Of a stretch of 64,000 nt of DNA, positions 46,041 to 53,586 are shown piece by piece. Location: positions 76,931 to 140,930 of the forward strand of contig CAZCHF010000002.1 in the NCBI GenBank assembly GCA_964498325.1. The letters run 5' to 3'. The notes under the pieces are model-generated. The model saw nothing but the letters and a program-made list of their open reading frames with translations. It did no database searches and was not told where the DNA came from. The position numbers and the translations under genes are program-made. Position 1 is the first letter of the stretch; each line of letters opens with the position of its first letter. This DNA is from an uncultured Candidatus Kuenenia sp. (lineage in GTDB: Bacteria; Planctomycetota; Planctomycetia; Pirellulales; UBA1268).

Positions 46041-46815
46041 TCACCTGGCGACGACGAACAACCCGGTGGAGCCCTGCCACCAGGCCGATGGCCGCGGCCG
46101 CGAGGGCAAGCGTCGATGGCTCGGGCACGGCAACGAGTTCAAACGACTGGAGCCCAGCGCTACTGGTCAGCGTCGTGAAACCGACACTGTTGATGCCGTT
46201 GAGGAGGCTCGAGTTCAACGTCCCAGATGTATAGCTGGTCCAGTCAGAAGCGGAAGGGTTCTTGTACAGCGCGGAGAACGTATTGGCCGGCAGGTCGAGC
46301 ACGACTCGCAGGTCGAGCACGTTGCTTTCTCCAGGGATGAAGACCCCAGTGGCACCAGAGGATCCCGAAGCTCCAGTCCCCTGGAAGAAACGGATTTCAT
46401 TGTCACCCCGCCAGAGCATCCAGTAGGTGCCGGTCCCTGCGACATTCCACGCATTGGTGTTTGTCGTTTGGGTCGTCCACCCGATGCCTACCCAATTCGT
46501 GCCAGTCGTGTTGTTGAACACGCGGGCCGTGAGGGTGTAGACCAGGTTTGAGTCAAACGTGGAATACGCCAAATTTGCCGAGCCGCTGCCGCTGCTGTTC
46601 ACGACTCCGGCTGTTGTATCTTTCGTGTAGACGCCAGCGGCTCTCCAGGTCTCTGTACCAGGCCGAACCTGTGGGGCTTGGCCGTTCAAGCCACCATTGG
46701 TGCCACTGGTGAAGTCGTCTGAAAAAATGACCGTCGCCTCGGCGGTACGAGCGCCGGTCAGGGCGGCCAATATCAAGAAGGCCAGGCTTGCAGAGGTCAT
46801 CGAGCGAAGGTTCAT
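46033..46815 (-). CDS. PEP-CTERM-anchored secreted protein (lectin/LamG-like body)
   Basis: Start trimmed to MNLRSMTSASLAFLILAAL (AGGAAGG upstream). C-terminal VPEPSTLALAAAAIGLVAGLHRVVRRRQ sorting signal. Ser/Thr/Gly/Asn-rich, with lower GC than the neighbours. Confidence 0.8.
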   Translation of the reverse strand: MNLRSMTSASLAFLILAALTGARTAEATVIFSDDFTSGTNGGLNGQAPQVRPGTETWRAAGVYTKDTTAGVVNSSGSGSANLAYSTFDSNLVYTLTARVFNNTTGTNWVGIGWTTQTTNTNAWNVAGTGTYWMLWRGDNEIRFFQGTGASGSSGATGVFIPGESNVLDLRVVLDLPANTFSALYKNPSASDWTSYTSGTLNSSLLNGINSVGFTTLTSSAGLQSFELVAVPEPSTLALAAAAIGLVAGLHRVVRRRQVNG

Positions 46816-46987
46816 GTTCCGCCTTCCTTGAGAAACTGCCCGTGAACAAGGCGTTCGCCGCGGGCATTGAATAGGCATTGGCCGAAACGATGTGCACGTC
46901 GGACACTTTTCTTCCGATGATCCGAATACTATCCTCAAGCGGCGGCACAATCTGTTGCTGGCGAGGCAGGATTTGGCATAATCCTGC

Positions 46988-48277
46988 ATGGGTCTCCTGG
47001 GGCAAGCGATGGGCGACGTGAAACGAATCGGCGTGCGGATGGAGCTCGACAAGCCGTTCAAACGGCATGTGGCCTTGTTCGGCGGGATTCGCGAATACGC
47101 CGAGCGTCACCCCGATTGGCAGCTCGTGGTGGACGAGTGGGTCGACCACTCGCTGCCTGCCAGAAGGGGCATAACCGTTCCCTACGACGGCATCATTGGC
47201 CGGCTCACGCCGCTGGCCGCCGAGCGTGCCAAACGCCATGATCTGCCGGCGGTGAACATCTGGCTGTCGTCGCCGGCCAAGGGTTTGCCGGGCGTGTATT
47301 CCGACGCGACCGCCAGCGGCAAACTCGTGGCGGAACATCTCCTGAACCGCGGGTTTCGGTATCTCGCCGCGCTTCTGCAAGATGACGACATCGGCACCGA
47401 CCTCCAGGCCAAAGCCATGAAGGCGTATGCCGAGGAGTTTGGGTACGAGGGGTGGCTCGGCACGGTGTCGCTTGCCGAGTGCACGACCCATGCCGAATGG
47501 CAGCTCCTGCTCGACACAGTCAAACGGTGGATGGATTCATGGAAACTACCGCTCGGGTTACTCATCCGTGATCCTTCATGGGCCCGGGCGATCGTCGAAC
47601 TGGCGAAGCAACGTGGATGGAACGTGCCCGAACAAATCGCGATCGTGGCCACCCACAACGACGAGATCCACTGCGAGTACCCCGAGCCCGGCCTGACGGC
47701 CGTCGAATTCGCCGAGAAGCAGCAAGGCTATGACGCGGCGAAAATGCTCGATGAACTCATCGAAGCCAAGCGCAAGGGAGCCTCGCCGTTTGCCGATCCG
47801 AAGAACGTCTATGTGCCACCCGTCGGCCTTGTGGCACGGCATTCGACTGATTTTTTCGCCGTGAGTGACCCGCTGGTAGGACAGGCGCTTCGCTTCATCG
47901 CCGCCCAGCTCCACAAGCCCTTGAGCGCGCCGAAAGTGGCCCGTGCCTTGGGCGTGGCCCGCCGCACGCTCGACGCCTGGTTTCAGAAATCACTCGGCCT
48001 GACCGTGGCCGACGAGATCAACCGCCTCCGCATCGAACGCGTGAAGCGCGAACTGATGGCGAGCCAAGACTCGATTGCCGTCATCGCCAAGCGCACCGGC
48101 TTCGCGAGCCTTCGCACACTCCGCGATCAGTTTCAGCGTAGCGTCGGCATGTCGCCCACGGCGTTTCGCGAGCAAGCCGTCGCGACGCCCGGCGCGATCA
48201 TCTCGTCGCCGCGACCGACCAACTCATGTCGGAGATCTTCTCCGGCAAGCGACCGCTCCGTGTCTTCCGTCACATGA
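46988..48277 (+). CDS. XylR-like regulator (periplasmic-binding-protein-like sensor + AraC-type HTH)
   Basis: KRIGVRMELDKPFKRH... sugar-binding-like N-terminal region. C-terminal AraC HTH (...IAVIAKRTGFASLRTLRDQFQRSVGMSPTAFRE). An alternative start is at 47009. The last ~29 codons are read from the right direct repeat in a shifted frame. Confidence 0.8.
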   Translation: MGLLGQAMGDVKRIGVRMELDKPFKRHVALFGGIREYAERHPDWQLVVDEWVDHSLPARRGITVPYDGIIGRLTPLAAERAKRHDLPAVNIWLSSPAKGLPGVYSDATASGKLVAEHLLNRGFRYLAALLQDDDIGTDLQAKAMKAYAEEFGYEGWLGTVSLAECTTHAEWQLLLDTVKRWMDSWKLPLGLLIRDPSWARAIVELAKQRGWNVPEQIAIVATHNDEIHCEYPEPGLTAVEFAEKQQGYDAAKMLDELIEAKRKGASPFADPKNVYVPPVGLVARHSTDFFAVSDPLVGQALRFIAAQLHKPLSAPKVARALGVARRTLDAWFQKSLGLTVADEINRLRIERVKRELMASQDSIAVIAKRTGFASLRTLRDQFQRSVGMSPTAFREQAVATPGAIISSPRPTNSCRRSSPASDRSVSSVT

Positions 48278-48339
48278 AGATGTACAACGACCCGACCATG
48301 AATCCGTATCTCTACAAGGCCGCGTCGAAGGCTGCCTAA
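48186..48339 (+). pseudogene. Right direct repeat: orphan 3' fragment of a DUF4254-like gene
   Basis: In its own frame it encodes RDHLVAATDQLMSEIFSGKRPLRVFRHMKMYNDPTMNPYLYKAASKAA-stop. The intact gene has RDHLVAAIDRLMSEIFSGKRPLRVFRQMKMYNDPTMNPYLYKSGAKAA-stop. The frame has an upstream stop at 48139-48141 and no start codon. Confidence 0.8.
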
Positions 48340-48379
48340 GCCTGGATCGAGCGAGCGTGTCACATCGGCGCGAGCCCAC

Positions 48380-49516
48380 TCAGTCCTTCAGTTCTTTGAC
48401 GGCTGACGTTGGAACCCACTCGTCCCACTCCGTCGAGTAGCCGTCGTAGTGAACCTTGTGCATCCCGAACTGGGAAGCAAGGACCGTGCCGCGATACCAC
48501 GTCTTGTCCTTGGGCCACAGCACGTTCACGCGCGTGCCATTGGCAAACGTTGTGACGCGCGGCTTGCGGAGTCGATCTTCGCCGACCCATTCGTTCCACG
48601 TGTCGTCGTAGCCAAGGTAATGGACCTGTGACGAGCCGCCGTCAACGTCGATCACCTGGGCCGGGTACCACGAACCTTTCCACTCGACCTCGACCCGGCG
48701 TCCAAGGCCGTCTTCCGGTTCGCCGTCGGTGTCCGCAATTGCCATGTCCGCGTCAAAATCATCGGTGGCGATGAACATGGCCTTTTGGTGCTCGACGTAG
48801 GCCATCGCTTCTTCGGTGTAGGTCGCGAGCTCGCGAAGCTCTACTTCGCCGTCAGCGTCGGTGTCCACCAAGGGGCTGCCCTGAAATCCGGCGATGAGCG
48901 ACTCGGTGAACGTCCAGTTGCCGGTCGACGAGTTGTGGGAATACGAGCTCGTCAGGCACGCGCATGCTAGGTCGTCGCGATGCTTCGCTGCTTCATCATG
49001 GAGTGCGCCCGAGTGGCAGCAATCCGCCATGAAGATCACCTCGTCGCCACTGAAGCGGTCCAGGACCGTGGAGAATATCTCCTTCACCGGCCAGTGGCTC
49101 GCGTAGCTTTCGCCCGCGTCGTAGTTGGCGAAGTAGGTCTGGCCTGTCTTTCGATCACGGCTGCCGTGGCCGGCGAAATAAACGATGAGAAGATCGCCCT
49201 TGTCGGTGCGGTCGAGTTGGCGCTTGAACCGTTGACGGATCGAGGCGAGTGTCGCTTCTTCGTCGGCGAGAAACACGACGTGATCGTCGGGCACACCGGC
49301 GGCCTCGAGCACCTTGACGAGACGCCGATCCGCGCGATTCGGCATGGCGTCAGGAAACGAGGCATAGATCTCTTCGTGTTCCCACTCGAGAATGCCGACG
49401 GCAAACACCCACGTACGCTCCGGATCCCAGCCGATCTCGGCGTGGGCTGCGGCCGAGAGAAGCACGAACAGGGCGACACTCGAGAACGAAATCCTCCACG
49501 TGACCATACGAGACAT
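48380..49516 (-). CDS. Secreted caspase-fold (peptidase C14-like) protein with two C-terminal Tudor/Agenet-like domains
   Basis: Start trimmed to MSRMVTWRISFSSVALFVLLSAAAHA. His-Cys dyad context YFAGHGS and FMADCCHSG. Two ~45-aa repeats (VEVEWKGSWYPAQVIDVD...VHYLGYDDTWNEWV; VNVLWPKDKTWYRGTVLAS...VHYDGYSTEWDEWV). Confidence 0.75.
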   Translation of the reverse strand: MSRMVTWRISFSSVALFVLLSAAAHAEIGWDPERTWVFAVGILEWEHEEIYASFPDAMPNRADRRLVKVLEAAGVPDDHVVFLADEEATLASIRQRFKRQLDRTDKGDLLIVYFAGHGSRDRKTGQTYFANYDAGESYASHWPVKEIFSTVLDRFSGDEVIFMADCCHSGALHDEAAKHRDDLACACLTSSYSHNSSTGNWTFTESLIAGFQGSPLVDTDADGEVELRELATYTEEAMAYVEHQKAMFIATDDFDADMAIADTDGEPEDGLGRRVEVEWKGSWYPAQVIDVDGGSSQVHYLGYDDTWNEWVGEDRLRKPRVTTFANGTRVNVLWPKDKTWYRGTVLASQFGMHKVHYDGYSTEWDEWVPTSAVKELKD

Positions 49517-49555
49517 GCCCGTTGCCTCCGCGACCAGCACGCTGGGATCGGTGAG

Positions 49556-50653
49556 TCACTCAATACAGTTGGCGAGCGCCAACAGGGCGTACGAGGTCAC
49601 GAGGACCGGCTCACCTTCGAGCCAGCGCTCGTTGGGGTTCGTCCACGAGCCATCCGGCTTCTGCCGCGAGACGATGGCCGTCGTGAGCTCGTCTCGCCAC
49701 ACATGCTTCTTGCCGTCGGCGTCGGTAAAGGTGTCTTCACCGAGTACGGCAAGTGCCTTCGAGGCCGTGTGATAGAAGTAGTAAAGGCCTGCCTGGCCCA
49801 TGCCGGGGTTTTCGTCGAACGAATAGTTCTTGCCCAGCCATTCGATGGCGGCCTTCACCCGCGGATCTTCTTTCGTCAGCCCGGCGAAGATCATGCTCTT
49901 GAGGCCGGCATAAGTCATCGAGGCATAGCTGCGCAGTCCGCCGTTTTCGGTCGTCCCAGCCTGGCTCTCGCCTCCGGCCGCAGGCGTGTAGTAAAAGCCG
50001 CCGTCCGGGTTCTTCTCAGGAAACGGAAGCGGGTTGTGAGGCCCAGGCAGATTCTGGGTTCGCGATACGAACTCGAGCGCCTTCTGGATCGCCGGATCGT
50101 TTTCACTTTCGCCGACGGTGCGCAGGGCCTCGATCATGAACTGGGTGTTCGAAAGATCGGGCCGCGACTTCTTGCCGTAGCCGGCGCCGCCGTAGGCCGG
50201 GTCGTTCTTGTCCTTGCCCTCGTCTTCGTCCCACTGGAGTTTCTTGACGAACGCCGTCGCTCCCTTGATCTCCTTGTCGAGTGAGCCGTTTTTGTTACAG
50301 GCCGCGAGAGCGAGCATGGCGATCGACGTCTCGTAATTGGCCACCGGCGACCCGGGCGAATAGATTCCGCCGTCAGGCTGACGGAACGTCATGAGATACT
50401 CGAGCCCCTTCTTCACGACGGGGGCATCGGCCGGTGTTCCGCTTCGCACGATCGCCGTGAGCGTCAGCGCCGTGACGGCGGGGCCCAACTCATTCTTGAA
50501 GCTGCCGTTCTCTTGCTGACAGCCTTCGAGGAATTTCGTGGCCTTCGCGATGGCCTCCTGCACCTTCTCCTTGTCGGCGGCATGGCTCGTGAGGGCCATG
50601 GCCAGCATGGCGGTCGAAACAGCAACGGCGAGGGCGACGCGAAGGAGTTTCAT
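49556..50653 (-). CDS. Secreted prenyltransferase/squalene-oxidase-repeat (alpha-alpha toroid) protein
   Basis: Signal peptide. Repeated QxxDGGW/F-type motifs (RQPDGGIYS, NPDGGFYY, QKPDGSWTN). Confidence 0.7.
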   Translation of the reverse strand: MKLLRVALAVAVSTAMLAMALTSHAADKEKVQEAIAKATKFLEGCQQENGSFKNELGPAVTALTLTAIVRSGTPADAPVVKKGLEYLMTFRQPDGGIYSPGSPVANYETSIAMLALAACNKNGSLDKEIKGATAFVKKLQWDEDEGKDKNDPAYGGAGYGKKSRPDLSNTQFMIEALRTVGESENDPAIQKALEFVSRTQNLPGPHNPLPFPEKNPDGGFYYTPAAGGESQAGTTENGGLRSYASMTYAGLKSMIFAGLTKEDPRVKAAIEWLGKNYSFDENPGMGQAGLYYFYHTASKALAVLGEDTFTDADGKKHVWRDELTTAIVSRQKPDGSWTNPNERWLEGEPVLVTSYALLALANCIE

Positions 50654-50791
50654 GGTGGCAATCCAAGGTGCTGGGGAGCGGATTCGATCCCCTAAGAATA
50701 CGCAGGCTCCGGCGTCGTGTGGACGAATGACCCTGGGTGAAATTTCCCCGCGCCGGCGACCCCTTCGCCACGGAAATCACAAACGCCGCGA

Positions 50792-50931
50792 GCTCAGGGC
50801 CGCCCGTGTCATGTCGCGGGACGTTTGCGGTGGCCATCGTGGCCACCGCTGCACTCGGAGAAATCCTCGCTTCGCCCTCCAGGCTTCGCTCAGCTTTCTA
50901 CGCCCGCTCCATGACACGGGCGGCCCTGAGC
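50792..50931 (+). repeat. Palindrome-ended intergenic repeat element, copy 4
   Basis: 22-bp termini GCTCAGGGCCGCCCGTGTCATG / CATGACACGGGCGGCCCTGAGC. Inner hairpin GGTGGCCA-tcg-TGGCCACC. The core is nearly identical to copy 1. Confidence 0.9.
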
Positions 50932-50972
50932 GGGCCATGCCGTTTCACCTTCACGTACGTAGAAAGCGCTGT

Positions 50973-51563
50973 TCACGCGTCGGCGACGGGCATCGCGCGG
51001 GGGTGGGCTGGGATGCGGCGCGGGGGCGGTTCACGCCCCTCTTCGAGGCGCCACTCCTCACGCTCTTCGTCGCTGGCGTAGTACGTAAGCCACACCGAGG
51101 CATCGCCGTCGAGCGTGGCGCTACAATCCCAATGAACAAAATTGTCAGGCAGGTCGACCTTCTTGAGCACCGCCGGAAGGATGTCGCGGCGGATGAGTGA
51201 ATACAGTTCGCGATCCGAGAGGTGGTCGGTGAAGTCGAGCACGATGCGCTTGTCGTGAAGCTGCTCGATCACGTCCCAGAGCCGCTCGCGAACTTGGTCG
51301 TCATCGAGCGTGCACACCGGCTGCATCGCCAACGGCGGATCGAACCAGCGGGCCACCGGCGCCATCGGCGCGAGCTCCCAGGCGAGCATCGACTCGAGGA
51401 AGCGGTTCTCGGCCTCGGTGGGCAGGTGACGGAAGTCGATCTCGTAGACGGCCTCGTCGAGGTACGGCTCAATCGCCGTACGGAGCTCACCGTTGCGAAT
51501 GAGGCAATCGATCTCTTCCGGATCAGGGTGGCGGGCGAGAGGCATACCGGATGGCATCCACAT
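50973..51563 (-). CDS. Hypothetical protein
   Basis: Start trimmed to MWMPSGMPLARHP (GGAGGATGG upstream). Acidic, ordinary composition. No family recognised. Confidence 0.5.
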   Translation of the reverse strand: MWMPSGMPLARHPDPEEIDCLIRNGELRTAIEPYLDEAVYEIDFRHLPTEAENRFLESMLAWELAPMAPVARWFDPPLAMQPVCTLDDDQVRERLWDVIEQLHDKRIVLDFTDHLSDRELYSLIRRDILPAVLKKVDLPDNFVHWDCSATLDGDASVWLTYYASDEEREEWRLEEGREPPPRRIPAHPRAMPVADA

Positions 51564-51749
51564 GAATCGGCCGCCATCCTCCGGCACCCGCCGGGATCGA
51601 CGACGACATGCCTCCGACGATACCTCCACGATACGGCCGTTCAACGCCGTAACGCACGAATTTGCCCCGGTTTCCTGTCAAGAAGACAGCACGATCGCTA
51701 CGAGCGGACGACTCTTCGCGGACTCCCTCGTCCTACGCAGCTTGCCGCG

Positions 51750-52220
51750 TCAGGCCGACTCGGCAGGTTTGCCGTCCTCACATGCCGGCTCGAGCGCCGT
51801 GATCTTGCTGACCCGGCGGGCATGGCGGCCACCCTCGAAGGGGGTTTCGAGCCACGTCCGGATGATTTTCTCCTGCATTTCCTGTCCGATCATCTCGGCC
51901 GACAGGCAGAGGACGTTCAAGTCGTTGTGCCGACGGCTCATCTCGGCCGTCACCACGTCGTGGCACGTGGCGGCCCGGATGCCCGGCACCTTGTTGGCCG
52001 CGATGGCCATGCCCACGCCGGAAAAACAGAGGAGGATGCCACGGTCGGCGCGGCCGTCAGAGACGCGACGAGCCACATCCGCGGCGATGTCCGGGTAGTC
52101 CACCGACTCCTCACCAAACGAGCCGCAGTCGACGACGTCGTTGCCGAGCCGCTCCAAAAGGCCGATGAGCCGGTGTCGCGATTGAACACCGCGATGGTCG
52201 CTCCCGATCGCTATCCGCAT
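51750..52220 (-). CDS. rpiB: Ribose-5-phosphate isomerase B
   Basis: MRIAIGSDHRG...GILLCFSGVGMAIAANK...RHNDLNVLCL: RpiB/LacAB family consensus. Confidence 0.9.
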   Translation of the reverse strand: MRIAIGSDHRGVQSRHRLIGLLERLGNDVVDCGSFGEESVDYPDIAADVARRVSDGRADRGILLCFSGVGMAIAANKVPGIRAATCHDVVTAEMSRRHNDLNVLCLSAEMIGQEMQEKIIRTWLETPFEGGRHARRVSKITALEPACEDGKPAESA

Positions 52221-52226
52221 GGATCT

Positions 52227-53396
52227 TTACGTGCTCCCTGGTAGGTCCCCCGCGGGGCCAGGCTGGCCCCGCGAAGGAAGCCCCAGTGTATCCAGTCGAG
52301 CGGCCAAATGCTCACGGATCTGGCCGGCGCATTTTCGGTAGGTTTCGAGGCTTCCGCCGATGGGGTCGATCACGTCGCGGCGATCCGGCGACAGGAGCGC
52401 GACGCGGCCCCCTGCCTCGGGAAACTGCGCCAGAAGCGCGGCTCGGTGCGAAGCAGTCATGGTGAGAATCACATCGGCCTGGCGCACGAGCGACTCGGTC
52501 AGCGGCTGGCTTTCATGGTTGCGGAGGTCGGCCCCTTCCTCGGCCACGATCTCCACGGCATGGCCGCTCGCAGGGCCGCCGGCCCAGGCCGCCAACCCGG
52601 CACTGGCGACCACGACACCATGCTGGTCGATCTCGTCGGGTTGGCAGCCGAGTCGCTTGGCCACGAGCACGCGAAAGAGCGCTTCGGCCATCGGGCTTCG
52701 GCAGGTGTTCCCCGTGCAGACAAAAAGCACCATGAGACTCGCGAGCCGCCGGAGTGTGTCGTCGGTGACGATGCCTGGTCGCACCACACGAAATCCCTGT
52801 CCGACCAGTTCGATCGTCGACACCGGCTGAGCATAACGAGCCCGACCGTCATCGAGCACCAGCGCCAACCGATCACCGGCGACGGCGGCTACTTCCTCGG
52901 CGGTGACCACCGAACCACCGGGCCCGTTCGGCTCGGCGAGCATGACGGGGCCGGCGAGCATTCGCATGCAGTCGGCGAGCATGGGATGACCGGGGATGCG
53001 CAGCCGCAGCCGTCCTCGTCCCACCAAGGCCTCGCGCGCCACCGCCGGCAGTCGTTGCACGAGGCTCTCGGGATGGTCGTCAGGCACGATGATCGCGACG
53101 GGGCCGGGCCAACAGCGCCGCGCGATCCGCCGGCCGACCGGCGTGATGGCCGGCGCCCAGTCGAGCGCCTCATCGGCGCTTTTGAGAGCGAGCGTGAGAA
53201 GGGGCTCGTCGCCGCGCTCGGTCGCCAGCGAGAGAAGTGTTTCGGTGGCCGCGGCCTGCCTCGCGGCCGTGGCAACCACGTAGTCGGTTTCCGTCGGAAA
53301 CGCGACAGCCTGCCCCTCGGCGAGCGCCTGCACGGCCCGGTGGACCACATCCCGCGCGTCTTCGGTGCGACGCAGGTCAATGATCATGGGAGGCAT
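52227..53396 (-). CDS. Fusion of a YrdC/Sua5-like domain and an LMW phosphatase (YwlE-like)
   Basis: Start trimmed to MPPMIIDL at 53396; the track's extension runs antisense into the bamA 5' region. YrdC-like VAFPTETDYVV...RIPGHPM. Then the LMW-PTP P-loop VCTGNTCRSPMAE and DPIGG. Confidence 0.8.
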   Translation of the reverse strand: MPPMIIDLRRTEDARDVVHRAVQALAEGQAVAFPTETDYVVATAARQAAATETLLSLATERGDEPLLTLALKSADEALDWAPAITPVGRRIARRCWPGPVAIIVPDDHPESLVQRLPAVAREALVGRGRLRLRIPGHPMLADCMRMLAGPVMLAEPNGPGGSVVTAEEVAAVAGDRLALVLDDGRARYAQPVSTIELVGQGFRVVRPGIVTDDTLRRLASLMVLFVCTGNTCRSPMAEALFRVLVAKRLGCQPDEIDQHGVVVASAGLAAWAGGPASGHAVEIVAEEGADLRNHESQPLTESLVRQADVILTMTASHRAALLAQFPEAGGRVALLSPDRRDVIDPIGGSLETYRKCAGQIREHLAARLDTLGLPSRGQPGPAGDLPGST

Positions 53397-53586
53397 GGCG
53401 TGCCCGGAAAACCATGAAACTACCGCCGTTTCCGGGGACCAGTCAAGGATCAGAAACTGGGTAAGGACCGTTGCGGCGAAACCCGTCCTCCCTGTGGCGG
53501 TGGACAGTTTTCGCCTTGTGGGGGGCGGGGGTCGTCGTCTATTCCTCCGAGGCTTTCGCCGAAAACCTCCTCCCGGCAGCGATCCT

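Noticed and set aside
6570-50931. Could the repeated ~130-bp elements be a CRISPR array or coding repeats? They generate recurring peptides such as [12 protein letters not shown] and [16 protein letters not shown] in several track ORFs.
   Set aside because: Copies are kilobases apart, in both orientations, and too long for CRISPR repeats. No cas genes are present. The recurring peptides come from spurious ORFs or false N-terminal extensions that read through the repeat.
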